Shown piece by piece: positions 18,737-28,664 of a stretch of DNA of 64,000 bases; position 1 is the stretch's first letter; each line of letters begins with the position of its first letter. The notes beneath the pieces are model-generated. The model did not search any database. It saw only the letters and a program-made list of their open reading frames with translations, and had not been told where the DNA came from. This DNA is from Chloroflexia bacterium (GTDB taxonomy: Bacteria; Chloroflexota; Chloroflexia; QHBQ01; JADMIH01), in assembly GCA_038203825.1 (NCBI GenBank), contig JBBRDO010000003.1, positions 7,591 to 71,590 on the forward strand, written 5' to 3'. The position numbers and the translations under genes are program-made.

Positions 18737-19231
18737 ATGGACGGCGCACCCGATTTCCAAATCCGGCGCGCAACAATGGATGACATCCCGGCCTTAGTGC
18801 GGCACAGGTGCGAAATGTTTCGCGATATGAATCAACTGTTGCCCGAAGCGTATCCGTTGCTGGCCGAAGCCACAGCCCAGTACCTTGCAGAAGTGATCCC
18901 GGCAGGCGGTTATGTCGCATGGTTGGTGACGCCACGCCAGAGCCCCGAAACTGTGGTCGCTGGAGGAGGCCTGCAGCTACGCCAGATCGCGCCGCGTCCT
19001 GATGAGGGAGGGAACCTGCTAAAGCCGGGACCACAGGGCCTGATCGTCAATGTTTACACCGAGAACGAATGGCGGCGTTCGGGCTTGGGCGAACTAGTGT
19101 TGAATTCGATTACGGAATGGGCGAGGGCAAATGGTGTCGTGAGCTTGGTGCTTCACGCCTCGTCTATGGGCAGGCCGCTTTACGAGCGACTCGGTTTCAC
19201 GCCGACAAATGAGATGTCCTACCCCATATAA
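18737..19231 (+). CDS. GNAT family N-acetyltransferase
   Basis: RRSGLGELVL acetyl-CoA motif. ATG 18737 is preceded by GAGGGA 6 nt upstream and is preferred over TTG 18719. Confidence 0.8.
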   Translation: MDGAPDFQIRRATMDDIPALVRHRCEMFRDMNQLLPEAYPLLAEATAQYLAEVIPAGGYVAWLVTPRQSPETVVAGGGLQLRQIAPRPDEGGNLLKPGPQGLIVNVYTENEWRRSGLGELVLNSITEWARANGVVSLVLHASSMGRPLYERLGFTPTNEMSYPI

Positions 19232-19300
19232 TCGCGCACCGGCCTGCGAGCCGATGCTGCTTTCAACTTTCCGGGCTGCTGTCGTAGATGGAGGAGAGGG

Positions 19301-21055
19301 ATGACCGTCCGTAGTTTCAATTATCAGCCGGATGAACTGCGTTCCTTGCTGGCGGTTGCTCGCGGCGATGCGCCTGCCGACGTACTCCTGACCGGGGGCC
19401 TTCTCGTTAATGTCCTCTCGGGCGAGATCTATCCCGCCGATATCGCCATAAAGGACGGACGTATTGCCGGCGTGTCACAGACCCCTGGTCTCTATGCTGG
19501 GCGTGAGACATGGGACCTCCAGGGAGAGTATTTAGCTCCCGGTTTCATGGACGCACATGTTCACATAGAAAGCAGTCTTATGCTGCCCGCTGAGTACGCC
19601 AATGCGGTGATGCCCCACGGCACAACGTCAATCGTAAGTGACCCCCATGAGATCGCCAATGTTCACGGACTTGACGGCATCCGCTTTATGCTGCGCGCAA
19701 GCGATAATCTTTCCTTGCGCGTTTTCGTGATGCTGTCGTCTTGCGTCCCTGCGACTGAAATGGAAACCTCGGGCGCCCGTCTGACCGCGAGCGACCTCGC
19801 TACCTTGCTCGACGAGCCGCGTGTGCTTGGCATTGCGGAAATGATGAACTATCCTGGCGTTGTGAACGGGACTGAAGACATGGTGGCCAAGGCCCTACTC
19901 GGACACGCTAATAGCATGCGAGTTGATGGTCACGCCCCACTGGTTGGTGGGTTGGCGTTGCAGGCCTACGTCGCAGCCGGGATAGCATCCGACCACGAGA
20001 GTATTGCTGCCGCTGAAGCGCTTGACAAACTAAGGGCGGGCGTGCAAATACTGATCCGCGAGGGCTCGACTGCCAGGAACCTCGACGCAATCGTGCCAAT
20101 GCTCAATCCTTCCACGGCCCGATTCTGCTCATGGGCGACAGATGACAAGCAGCCGGACGATCTCGCGTCGCAAGGGCATATCGACCACAACATTCGCAAG
20201 GCGATAGCTCAGGGATTGGACCCCATATTGGCGCTGCAAATGGCAACCATCAATACTGCCCGCCACTACGGCTTGAACGACCTCGGCGCGATCGCTCCAG
20301 GCTATCAGGCCGATATGGTCACATTCTCGGACCTGCACGATATCCGCCCCTCTCGCACGATAGCTGGCGGCAGGCTGATCGCGCAAGGTGGTCGCATGCT
20401 ACACCCTATGAGGAACAACACGCTTCCTCCTCCTAACAATATGACCGCAGGTTTCGTGGACGCCAGCTCGTTTGGCATACCTGCGAAAGGCGCCCAGGCA
20501 CGAGTGATAGTAGTCGAGCCTGAACAGATCGTCACGCGCGAAGTAATCGTAGCGATAAAGATCAATGCTGGGTCTGTGGTCTCAGATCCACAGCGTGATA
20601 TCTTGAAGATCGCAGTGATCGAGCGTCACGCGAGCACCCAGCGCATCGGCCTGGGTCTTGTTAACGGGCTCGGCTTGTATGAAGGGGCACTAGCTTCGAG
20701 CATTGCGCACGATTCGCATAACATCGTCGTTGTCGGTGCTTCTGACGCCGACATGGCCCTGGCGGTACGAACCGTAAATGCCATGAAAGGTGGGATCGCT
20801 GCTGTTCGCGGCGGCGAGGTGCTGGCTAAACTCCCGCTGCCTGTGGCCGGCCTTATGTCGGAACAGCCGCTCGCCGTAATGCGCGACAGCATGCGCGACT
20901 TGCTGGCCGCCGCACGCTCCCTGGGTTGTCCGCTCTCCAATCCGTACATGCAAATGGCCTTCCTTGCACTACCGGTCATCCCCGAGCTCAAGTTGACCGA
21001 CCTGGGGTTGGTAGACGTGACGAAGTTCGCTCTATGTGACCTTTTTGTCGAATAG
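19301..21055 (+). CDS. ade: Adenine deaminase
   Basis: GFMDAHVHIESS, HGTTSIVSDPHEIANV and the overall 584-aa two-domain layout are typical of Ade. GGAGGAGAGGG SD. Confidence 0.85.
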   Translation: MTVRSFNYQPDELRSLLAVARGDAPADVLLTGGLLVNVLSGEIYPADIAIKDGRIAGVSQTPGLYAGRETWDLQGEYLAPGFMDAHVHIESSLMLPAEYANAVMPHGTTSIVSDPHEIANVHGLDGIRFMLRASDNLSLRVFVMLSSCVPATEMETSGARLTASDLATLLDEPRVLGIAEMMNYPGVVNGTEDMVAKALLGHANSMRVDGHAPLVGGLALQAYVAAGIASDHESIAAAEALDKLRAGVQILIREGSTARNLDAIVPMLNPSTARFCSWATDDKQPDDLASQGHIDHNIRKAIAQGLDPILALQMATINTARHYGLNDLGAIAPGYQADMVTFSDLHDIRPSRTIAGGRLIAQGGRMLHPMRNNTLPPPNNMTAGFVDASSFGIPAKGAQARVIVVEPEQIVTREVIVAIKINAGSVVSDPQRDILKIAVIERHASTQRIGLGLVNGLGLYEGALASSIAHDSHNIVVVGASDADMALAVRTVNAMKGGIAAVRGGEVLAKLPLPVAGLMSEQPLAVMRDSMRDLLAAARSLGCPLSNPYMQMAFLALPVIPELKLTDLGLVDVTKFALCDLFVE

Positions 21056-21127
21056 CGCTATCTGACCTGCTCGAATATTGTAATATGGACGCACATCGAA
21101 AGCTAGAAAGGTCGCTTAATCAAGACA

Positions 21128-23029
21128 ATGATAGCGCCCAAGAAAATCAATCTGTTACCCGATGAGGTAGCCTCCAAAATCGCCGCCGGGGAAGTGGTTG
21201 AGCGACCTGCCTCCGTGGTCCGCGAACTGCTTGACAACGCGATAGACTCGGGCGCTCGCAACATTCGCGTTGAGATTCGCGGTGGTGGACGTGATCTGAT
21301 CCGCATCATTGACGATGGCTGCGGCATTTTCCCCGAGGATATGCCGAAGGCCTTTTTGCGCCATGCCACGAGCAAGATTAATACAGCCGACGATCTCTGG
21401 TCGGTGAGGACGCTTGGCTTCCGTGGCGAGGCGCTTTATAGCATCGCAGCAATCAGCCGCATGCAATTGTTGAGCAGGACGGCGACATCTCAAGCCGGGT
21501 ATGAATTGGCCGTTGACGGTGGCAGACTCGTGGCTGATGGCCCGCGAGGAGCGCCTCCCGGCACCATAGTCACTGTGCGTGAGCTCTTCTTCAATCTGCC
21601 TGCGAGGCTCAAGTTTCTCAAGAGCGCGCAGGCCGAGGGCGCCCACATAACGGCCCAGGTGCAAGGTTACGCGCTGGCCCACCCGGGCATCAAGTTCACC
21701 CTCATAAACGAAGCCCGCTTAACTTTCCAGTCTCCGGGCGACGGCGATTTACGTTCAGCCGCCATGAGCGTGTACGGTCCTGAAGTGGCGCGCGCCCTCC
21801 TGCCCGTGGGTCTTGAACCTGAGAGCGAATTGCTCTCTGATTCGCCCGCCGCGGAAGAAGAAGCCTATCAGGGCGATCTTTCAAACGGAATCTCAGAAGG
21901 TGATGTTCGCTACGCTGCCCTCACCGGAACAAACCCGATCGACGTTCACGGTTATGTGTCGCCCCCTGCACTTTCTCGCTCGAACAGGCAGGCGCAACAC
22001 TTCTTTATCAACGGGCGTGCCGTGCAAAGCCGCATGCTAACCTTTGCCGTCGAGGAGGCTTATCACACATTGCTCATGGTTGGCAGGCGTCCCATCTGCA
22101 TAATTAACGTAACCGTCGATCCATCGTTGGTCGATGTGAATGTGCACCCTGCTAAGTCCGAAGTTAAGTTCAGAGACGAACGGGCTGTGTTCAGCGCCGT
22201 CCAGAAGGCAGTGCGCTCTGCCCTGACCGCTCACGTAGCTGCGCCGGTGTACGGCTCGCGGGGCTCTGAAGGCTGGGCTCTGCCCTCGGGCGGCAGTAGC
22301 GGGATTGAAATGGAGTTTGCTCCGTCGTTCGGCGGTCGGGATCAGGGAGCGCTCGGACCTTTGCAGAGTGACCTCTGGCGTGCGGGCGGAAGTCTTGAGC
22401 ATGCTCGCGGCGACAGCGCAGAGCCTCTACCACCTCCTCCCCCCAGAAACCTTCCGCCATTGCGCGTTGTCGGACAGGTGGGCAGTACGTACATCATCAC
22501 TGAAGGACCGGACGGTCTGTTCCTTGTGGACCAACATGCTGCGCACGAGCGCGTCCTTTACGAGAAGATGGGGGCTGCCATGGCGCGCGGTGACCTGCCC
22601 GTCCAACCTCTCTTGCAACCGGTGCCCCTCCATTTCTCTGCCGCTCAACTTGCGGAACTAGAGCCTGTGCTGCCTCTCATGTCGGAACTGGGGTTCGACC
22701 TCGAATCTTTCGGGGAAAACACAGTACTCGTGCGAGCTGTGCCTGCTGTTTACGCCGAGTCGAAGCGCGACGTGGGCCGCGACCTGATCGATGTCCTCGA
22801 CACTGTGGTGACCGGAAGCACGCCCGAACGTTGGCGCGAAGAAATGGCCATCACGTTGGCATGTCATAGCGCCGTCCGAGCGGGCCAGACCCTTTCCCTC
22901 GATGAAATGCGTGCCCTGGTGGGCCAATTGGAGTTATGTGAGTATCCTCGGGTCTGCGCCCACGGGCGGCCTACGATGTTGCACCTGTCGACAACGCAAC
23001 TGGAGCGCGAGTTCGGAAGGCGCGCCTGA
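21128..23029 (+). CDS. mutL: DNA mismatch repair protein MutL (endonuclease-type)
   Basis: N-terminal IAAGEVVERPASVVRELLDNAIDSGA GHKL ATPase. C-terminal DQHAAHERVLYE endonuclease motif. Confidence 0.9.
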   Translation: MIAPKKINLLPDEVASKIAAGEVVERPASVVRELLDNAIDSGARNIRVEIRGGGRDLIRIIDDGCGIFPEDMPKAFLRHATSKINTADDLWSVRTLGFRGEALYSIAAISRMQLLSRTATSQAGYELAVDGGRLVADGPRGAPPGTIVTVRELFFNLPARLKFLKSAQAEGAHITAQVQGYALAHPGIKFTLINEARLTFQSPGDGDLRSAAMSVYGPEVARALLPVGLEPESELLSDSPAAEEEAYQGDLSNGISEGDVRYAALTGTNPIDVHGYVSPPALSRSNRQAQHFFINGRAVQSRMLTFAVEEAYHTLLMVGRRPICIINVTVDPSLVDVNVHPAKSEVKFRDERAVFSAVQKAVRSALTAHVAAPVYGSRGSEGWALPSGGSSGIEMEFAPSFGGRDQGALGPLQSDLWRAGGSLEHARGDSAEPLPPPPPRNLPPLRVVGQVGSTYIITEGPDGLFLVDQHAAHERVLYEKMGAAMARGDLPVQPLLQPVPLHFSAAQLAELEPVLPLMSELGFDLESFGENTVLVRAVPAVYAESKRDVGRDLIDVLDTVVTGSTPERWREEMAITLACHSAVRAGQTLSLDEMRALVGQLELCEYPRVCAHGRPTMLHLSTTQLEREFGRRA

Positions 23030-23072
23030 CCCTCGGAGTAGGTTTTGTGAACGGCCTTCCTTGCCCTGCGCC

Positions 23073-23102
23073 TTGTATGACTTCTCCTCTTAGTGGTATA
23101 AT
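23073..23102 (+). promoter_or_regulatory. Candidate promoter for the TPP-riboswitch operon (TTGTAT-18 nt-TATAAT with TG extension)
   Basis: TTGTAT 23073-23078; TGGTATAAT ending at 23102. Confidence 0.45.
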
Positions 23103-23130
23103 TACACTGATACAACACAACTGAGACAGA

Positions 23131-23228
23131 ACGAGCGCGGGAGCCTGCGGATGCAGGCTGAGAAAACGATAAGGGAACCGTCGTTGACCGCTTGAACCTG
23201 ATCCGGGTAATTCCGGCGAAGGAAGCGA
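23131..23228 (+). promoter_or_regulatory. TPP (THI-box) riboswitch aptamer
   Basis: GGGAGCC...GGCTGAGA...ACCGCTTGAACCTGATCCGGGTAATTCCGGCGAAGGAAG contains the conserved CUGAGA and ACCUGAUCxGGxUAAUxCCxGCGxAGGGA THI-box core. It sits upstream of a thiamine-related ABC operon. Confidence 0.9.
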
Positions 23229-23245
23229 TACTTTGCTAACGCTTC

Positions 23246-23285
23246 AGAGCGCCGGGGACCACTGTCCTCAGGCGCTCTTTTTGTT
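23246..23285 (+). terminator. Riboswitch expression-platform terminator
   Basis: AGAGCGCCGGGGAC-CACT-GTCCTCAGGCGCTCT stem followed by TTTTTGTT, 12 nt before the ABC ATPase ATG. Confidence 0.7.
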
Positions 23286-23297
23286 GGAAGCACGAGC

Positions 23298-24128
23298 ATG
23301 AAATCGATAGGCGAAATCGTTCCAATCGCAGTACAAGTGCAGCACCTAAGCAAGTCGTTCCCCGTAGAGGGTGGTACGCCCATCCATGCTTTGACAGATC
23401 TGACCCTCCGTGTAGAGGCGGGCAGCTTCGTCAGCATACTTGGGCCGTCCGGCTCAGGAAAGAGCACACTTCTCGGCATTTTGGCTGGGCTGGACATGCC
23501 CGACAGCGGTCAGGTGTCGTTAACAGAGAGCGGTTCGCGGTCACTGACTTCAGAGCTACGGAGCCCCGCCATCGGATATATGCCCCAGCACGACCTGCTC
23601 CTGCCCTGGCGCAGCGCTCTCGATAATGCCACGGTGGGGCTCGAAGTGGCGGGGCTCCCGCGTGCTGAGGCCAGGAAGCGTGTACTGCCACTGTTCACAG
23701 ACTTTGGATTGGGTGGATTTACTACCAGCTATCCCAACGAATTGTCGGGCGGCATGCGACAGCGAGTTTCTTTCCTGAGATCTGCGGTGCTGGAGCGCGG
23801 TTTGATGCTGCTTGACGAGCCATTCGGCGCGCTTGATGCCTTGACCCGCGCCTCGATGCATGAATGGCTGCTCGCTTCGGCCGAGCGCATGGGTAGCACG
23901 TTCATTCTCGTAACGCATGATGTCGAGGAAGCCGTTCTGTTGTCGGACAAGGTATACGTGCTGTCTCCCCGGCCTGGCACAGTCGTCGCGTCGGTGGACA
24001 TTGTACTGCCTGCGCCGCGTTCGCTTGCGACATTGGAAGATCCACGTTTTGCCGCTTATCGGCGACGTTTGCTTGACGTCTTGCGCTCGACTGGTGGCCT
24101 CGTCACAACAGGGAGGCCGCACCGGTGA
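23298..24128 (+). CDS. ABC transporter ATP-binding protein (NitT/TauT family; thiamine-precursor uptake)
   Basis: Walker A GPSGSGKST, signature LSGGMRQR, Walker B LLLDEPF. Confidence 0.9.
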   Translation: MKSIGEIVPIAVQVQHLSKSFPVEGGTPIHALTDLTLRVEAGSFVSILGPSGSGKSTLLGILAGLDMPDSGQVSLTESGSRSLTSELRSPAIGYMPQHDLLLPWRSALDNATVGLEVAGLPRAEARKRVLPLFTDFGLGGFTTSYPNELSGGMRQRVSFLRSAVLERGLMLLDEPFGALDALTRASMHEWLLASAERMGSTFILVTHDVEEAVLLSDKVYVLSPRPGTVVASVDIVLPAPRSLATLEDPRFAAYRRRLLDVLRSTGGLVTTGRPHR

Positions 24129-24928
24129 CAGACATAAGACTTGGAACTGCCACAGCGCGCAACCTCGTGCCGCCTGCCATCACGCTTGCTCTGCTTCTGT
24201 TTGCATGGGAGGCATACTCACGGATTGTGCTCGACGCCATTCCTGGTGGAAGTCGCCTGCTACCTGCTCCCACATCAGTCCTGGCCGCCCTTGTAACGAA
24301 CGCTAACGACCTGGCTATCAATACCTGGCACACGGTGCTCGAAACGATGCTAGGGCTTGTCCTGGCTCTTGCCGTTGGCTTCGGCTTTGCTGTGATAATT
24401 GACCTCAGCCCCATGATGCGTCGAGCGATATACCCCCTCCTTGTTGTTTCGCAGACGATACCTCTGCTTGCTCTTGCACCGCTTCTCGTGCTCTGGTTTG
24501 GCTTTGGCATCTTGCCGAAGATCCTTGTGGTAGGCCTTGTTTGCTTCTTCCCGATCGTTGTCGCGGGCGTCGACGGCTTCCGGGCCACCGACCCGGAGCT
24601 AATCCGCCTGTTCCGCACGTTCGGCGCGAGCAAGTGGTCGATCTTCAAACATGTGCGATTGCCGGGCGCGCTTCCATCTTTGTTCTCCGGGGTCCGGATC
24701 GCGGTGACATATTGCGTGATTGGTGCGGTCTGGGGTGAATACGTTGGCGCGCAGTATGGTTTAGGCATCTATATGCAGAGCAAACAGCACGCATTCGACG
24801 TGGCGACCGTGTTTGCGTGCGTTGTCGTGATCTCGGCCATAAGTATAGCGCTTTTCCTCCTAACTTCGCTTATTGAGCGCGCCGTTATCCCCTGGTACTT
24901 CCGCGCCGGTGAAAGAAATACTCAATAA
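24125..24928 (+). CDS. ABC transporter permease (NitT/TauT family)
   Basis: Six predicted TM segments and an EAA-like loop (RTFGASKWSIFKHVRLPGALP). Overlaps the ATPase stop by 4 nt. Confidence 0.85.
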   Translation: MTDIRLGTATARNLVPPAITLALLLFAWEAYSRIVLDAIPGGSRLLPAPTSVLAALVTNANDLAINTWHTVLETMLGLVLALAVGFGFAVIIDLSPMMRRAIYPLLVVSQTIPLLALAPLLVLWFGFGILPKILVVGLVCFFPIVVAGVDGFRATDPELIRLFRTFGASKWSIFKHVRLPGALPSLFSGVRIAVTYCVIGAVWGEYVGAQYGLGIYMQSKQHAFDVATVFACVVVISAISIALFLLTSLIERAVIPWYFRAGERNTQ

Positions 24929-24968
24929 AGGCTCGCGCTCAAGACCCTCATTCAAAGGAGATATAATT

Positions 24969-26066
24969 GTGAGACGTTTGATAAATACCGCAATTGGCCT
25001 ATCAATACTCGGACTCCTACTCGCAGGTTGCGATTCAGGGGCTACTCCCACGCCTACGGCACAGGTTTCGCCTACTAAGGCACTTGCTACGGCCACTACG
25101 GCGGCGCCCCAGCCGACAGTCGGCGGCAAACCCGACAAGGTTCGATTCTCTCTCGATTGGACGCCCAACACCAACCATACCGGCATCTACGTCGCGATGG
25201 AAAAGGGTTGGTACAAGGATGCAAATCTGGACGTCGAAATTCTCCCTTACTCGGATGCAAACACTCCCGACACGCTGGTCTCGACGGGCCAGGCAGACTT
25301 CGGTATTAGCTTTGCGGAGTCGGTCGTAACGGATCGTGTGAGTGGCCTCCCCGTCAAGTCGGTGGCGGCCGTACTGCAGACCAACACTTCGGCCCTGGCG
25401 ACCCTTAAAAGCTCGGGCCTCGACACACTCGACAAGCTGGTGGGCAAACGTTACGCCGGCTTCGGCTCCCCATTCGAAGTGCCCGTAATAGAGACGATGC
25501 TCAAGAGCGCCGGGGTCAAAGACACCAACTTCCAGAACATTACAGCCAATCTGTCCGGCTACTCGGCAATTGTCGCCAAGCAAGCTGATTTCGTCTGGAT
25601 CTACATGGGTTGGGAAGGTGTCCAGACCCAGCTAGACGGCGTCGGACTGAACACGTTCATGCTCAAAGACCACGACGTCCCCGACTATTACACCCCGGTG
25701 ATAATCTCGAACGAGAGCTTTCTCAAGGATCACCCCGATGTGGCTAGGCGCTTCCTCGCTGCCACAGCAAAGGGCTACGAATACGGTGTGACCAATCCCG
25801 ACGACGCGGCCAACCTCTTGATCAAGGGCTCGCCGTCGGGCACTTTCTCTGATCCCAGGTTGCCGGTTCAGAGCCAGGAATATCTCGCCCCTTTCTACCA
25901 GGCGAGCCAGCCCCAGTGGGGCCTGCAGACACTCCAGAAATGGACTGATTTCCCCCGGTACCTGACGACAACGGGCCAACTAATGGGAGCGGATGGCAAG
26001 CCGATCCAGCCTGACAGCATAAAGTACGACGAGCTATTTACAAACGCTTATCTGCCTGGTCAATAG
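24969..26066 (+). CDS. NMT1/THI5-like (ThiY-like) substrate-binding lipoprotein
   Basis: LDWTPNTNHTGIYVAMEKGWY motif and lipobox LLAGC. GTG 24969 has AAGGAG 8 nt upstream and is preferred over track start 24873, which overlaps the permease. Confidence 0.8.
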   Translation: MRRLINTAIGLSILGLLLAGCDSGATPTPTAQVSPTKALATATTAAPQPTVGGKPDKVRFSLDWTPNTNHTGIYVAMEKGWYKDANLDVEILPYSDANTPDTLVSTGQADFGISFAESVVTDRVSGLPVKSVAAVLQTNTSALATLKSSGLDTLDKLVGKRYAGFGSPFEVPVIETMLKSAGVKDTNFQNITANLSGYSAIVAKQADFVWIYMGWEGVQTQLDGVGLNTFMLKDHDVPDYYTPVIISNESFLKDHPDVARRFLAATAKGYEYGVTNPDDAANLLIKGSPSGTFSDPRLPVQSQEYLAPFYQASQPQWGLQTLQKWTDFPRYLTTTGQLMGADGKPIQPDSIKYDELFTNAYLPGQ

Positions 26067-26068
26067 GC

Positions 26069-26100
26069 CCCTGGTCCACATCAAGTTTCGTGGACCAGGG
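26069..26100. terminator. Convergent-gene hairpin (11-bp stem, no clear U-tract)
   Basis: CCCTGGTCCAC (26069-26079) pairs with GTGGACCAGGG (26090-26100). The 3' arm overlaps the end of the TPK ORF. Confidence 0.35.
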
Positions 26101-26770
26101 CAACCAGCAATTGGCCCGCGTCATACCGGACCGCCGCAGTCGCCGGCTCACTGATCCTGTTACTGACTCCACGTGCCTTGCCTGCAATAATCGTTTCGCG
26201 GTCGAGCGGCCACTGAAGGCCCCTGGTAGTCACTGCTTCAGCCGCCACGCCAAGGGGCAGCAGGCTCACAATATCGTCGATTTGGCCTTTGATGTCGTTC
26301 CATTCCATCGGTTTGGCCAGGAACAGTTCGTTATTCCCATCGAGGATGTGAACGTCACGACTGGCGAATTTCGGGTGGGTCAGCAATAGCACGTTGGCAA
26401 GCGAGTGATCGAGCCTCCCGCCGATGGCGCCGAGGACGAATATACGCTTCGGTGAAAAGTCCAGAGCTGCCAGGAGTGCCAGCTCAGTGTCCGTTTCCCA
26501 CTTCGTATTGTGGTCGTACCTGCGAATCTCAACGCCCGAATCGCTGTACATGGTTACCAAATCACTGGGTGTGCTATCGAGGTCACCAATGATCAGTGAC
26601 GGCGTGATCCCCAGCTGGTCCGCCAACAGCGTTCCCCCATCTGCAGCTATCACTACATCCGCAGGGTCCGCGTTTCTTAGTGCAATGCCTATGTCCACTG
26701 CAGGCCCCGATGCTAGCACCCACACACATTCGGTTGCACCATTGGAGCTGGGGTTTCCTGGCAAATTCAT
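26081..26770 (-). CDS. thiN: Thiamine pyrophosphokinase
   Basis: IAADGG, IIGDLDS, ETDTELAL, GGRLDH motifs. Confidence 0.8.
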   Translation of the reverse strand: MNLPGNPSSNGATECVWVLASGPAVDIGIALRNADPADVVIAADGGTLLADQLGITPSLIIGDLDSTPSDLVTMYSDSGVEIRRYDHNTKWETDTELALLAALDFSPKRIFVLGAIGGRLDHSLANVLLLTHPKFASRDVHILDGNNELFLAKPMEWNDIKGQIDDIVSLLPLGVAAEAVTTRGLQWPLDRETIIAGKARGVSNRISEPATAAVRYDAGQLLVALVHET

Positions 26771-26776
26771 ACCTGC

Positions 26777-27634
26777 CTACCTCTCGCCTACTGTGACACG
26801 TCGCAGGCGCGCGGCCTCGAAAAGGATGACTGTGGCGGCCATGGCCGAATTCAGCGACTCTGTACCTCCGAGCATAGGTATAGAGAGGAGTCCACCATGC
26901 GCGGTCTGCCTGGCTTGCTCACTCGAGCCATGTGCCTCATTCGAGATAATCAGCGCGCTCGCCTGCTTCCAATCTACGTGGTCGTAATCTAACACACCGC
27001 CTGTATCGGCTGCAAACACGCGCGCAGGAAGCACTCCTGCAGCTCCCAATGTCGCCTTGACTCGCTCCCAGGACAAATCGGGGAAAGTATGCAAGCGGAA
27101 ATGCGCCCCCATGCCTGCACGCACCACCTTAGGGTTGTAGATATCGACACAGTTAGCGGTGAGTAGCACTGCCTGCACACCTGCCGCCTCGGCGCTACGA
27201 AGTATCGTGCCTAAATTGCCGGGGTCCTGAACGTCGTCGCAAACCAGTAGCAACGGGCGCTCAATTGCGGTAGGCATCTCCCACGCAGGCAGCTTGAACG
27301 CGGCAATTATGCCCTGGGGGTGCTTTGTGTCGGAGGCCGCAGCCAGTGCACGTTCGCTGGCATAGTTCAGTGCCTGGCGATGCATTTCCTGTGCGCGCAA
27401 AGAGTCCAACTTGTGAAGCAACTGTCGGCCCTCACCGGTTCTGCTCAGGAGATCGCTATTCAACAGCGCGCTTTCGGGCACCCACCCGGCTCGAAGCGCA
27501 TCGTTTACCAGCCTGACGCCTTCGACCAGAAAACGGCCTTGTTCCCTGCGCCCCCTTGGAAGCACAAGAGCTTGCAGCTCCTTTACTATTGCGTTGCTCG
27601 GACTGTCTATCATGTCGACCTGCAGTTGATTCAA
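26777..27634 (-). CDS. TrmH/SpoU family RNA 2'-O-methyltransferase (RlmB-like)
   Basis: DVQDPGNLGTILRSAEA, ISNEAHG, IPMLGGTESLN SPOUT motifs. Start uncertain (TTG 27634 or ATG 27613). Confidence 0.8.
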   Translation of the reverse strand: MNQLQVDMIDSPSNAIVKELQALVLPRGRREQGRFLVEGVRLVNDALRAGWVPESALLNSDLLSRTGEGRQLLHKLDSLRAQEMHRQALNYASERALAAASDTKHPQGIIAAFKLPAWEMPTAIERPLLLVCDDVQDPGNLGTILRSAEAAGVQAVLLTANCVDIYNPKVVRAGMGAHFRLHTFPDLSWERVKATLGAAGVLPARVFAADTGGVLDYDHVDWKQASALIISNEAHGSSEQARQTAHGGLLSIPMLGGTESLNSAMAATVILFEAARLRRVTVGER

Positions 27635-27650
27635 TAGGCGAATAGCAGCA

Positions 27651-27681
27651 AACGGCGGCCCTGGTAAGCAGGACCGCCGTT
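27651..27681 (-). terminator. Hairpin downstream of rplT
   Basis: AACGGCGGCCCTG-GTAAG-CAGGACCGCCGTT (one mismatch). Weak U-tract on the minus strand (TTTGCTGC). Confidence 0.45.
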
Positions 27682-27701
27682 ACCCTTGTGCGCTGGAATG
27701 C

Positions 27702-28097
27702 TTAGGCGTTGCTTGTTGTAGCTGTTGCGTCGACGTTTGGCACTATGGCCTGTCCGCCTGCCAACTCTACCAAACGAGAGAAAGCTGCACTATCTCTTAC
27801 TGCAATCTCGGCGAGAGCTTTGCGGTCGAGCGTGATGCCCGCGTTGTGCAGTCCATAGATGAACTTGCTATAAGATAGGCCACCCAGGCGAGCGGCGGCA
27901 TTGATTCGCACAATCCAGAGGCGGCGCATTTCTCTTTTCCGTACGCGACGGTCGCGGTACTGGTACGCGCGCGCTTTCATAACGATCTGGTTTGCAAACC
28001 TGAATAGTCTGTGGCGCGTGCCTCTGTATCCGGAAGCGGCCTTTATAATCCTGACATGCCGCTTGTGACGCGTTATGCCTCTCTTAACTCTTGGCAT
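27702..28097 (-). CDS. rplT: 50S ribosomal protein L20
   Basis: MPRVKRG..RHKRH...KAASGYRG start and the full-length L20 pattern. Confidence 0.95.
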   Translation of the reverse strand: MPRVKRGITRHKRHVRIIKAASGYRGTRHRLFRFANQIVMKARAYQYRDRRVRKREMRRLWIVRINAAARLGGLSYSKFIYGLHNAGITLDRKALAEIAVRDSAAFSRLVELAGGQAIVPNVDATATTSNA

Positions 28098-28140
28098 CTC
28101 GATCTCCTAGAAATACTTTGTAAACGATGATAATCGGCGG

Positions 28141-28344
28141 CTAATCTACGCCGTAGGGCAAGAGACGCTTGATACTCGGCGCATTCGTCTTGTCCAAAGG
28201 GTACATTCTGTCGAACATCCTCTTCACGCGCGGCGACTTTCTCCGACGGAAGTGGCTCTTCATTTGTTTGGTGCGCATGATCACACCGGTCCCGGTGATC
28301 TTGAAACGCCTTGCCGCACCCTTATGGGTCTTCATCTTAGGCAT
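28141..28344 (-). CDS. rpmI: 50S ribosomal protein L35
   Basis: MPKMKTHKGAARRFKITGTG... (67 aa), SD AGGAGAAGG upstream of ATG 28344. The 109-aa N-terminal extension in the track ORF is not L35-like. Confidence 0.95.
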   Translation of the reverse strand: MPKMKTHKGAARRFKITGTGVIMRTKQMKSHFRRRKSPRVKRMFDRMYPLDKTNAPSIKRLLPYGVD

Positions 28345-28459
28345 GGAGCCTTCTCCTGTCCTGTTAGGTAAGCCGGACGCGTGGGTCAGCCTACTTATCC
28401 GAATTACGTTGCATATATCATGCACTCTCGAAACCCACCAACGCAGGTCACAGTCGGTA

Positions 28460-28489
28460 ATTATATCATATCTGCCTTCAGCATGCAAA
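28460..28489 (-). promoter_or_regulatory. Candidate rpmI-rplT promoter (TTTGCA-18 nt-TATAAT on minus strand)
   Basis: The plus strand shows ATTATA at 28460-28465 and TGCAAA at 28484-28489. Confidence 0.4.
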
Positions 28490-28664
28490 TCGGTTCGCAA
28501 GGCTATGGTTTCGCTTACGAAAGCAGCACCGGTTCGAACGACGCTTGCGGGCCAGGTACTACAAGACACAGTCCCAGTTCTGTATAGGAACTGGGCCACC
28601 AGGGGTCCCAGTGGGAGCAGTCGGCCAAACAGCGCCTCGGGCCACCTGGAAGACGCGCCCGATA

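Noticed and set aside
17967-19034. 355-aa minus-strand ORF.
   Set aside because: It is antisense to the well-supported M16 peptidase and GNAT genes. Its Arg/Pro/Gly-rich composition is typical of shadow ORFs in GC-rich DNA, and it has no recognisable motifs.
24873-24968. Upstream extension of the substrate-binding protein ORF.
   Set aside because: It overlaps the permease by 56 nt. GTG 24969 has an AAGGAG SD and yields a proper lipoprotein signal peptide.
28531-28539. GGTTCGAAC, a tRNA T-loop-like motif.
   Set aside because: The flanking bases cannot form a T-arm or a cloverleaf on either strand.
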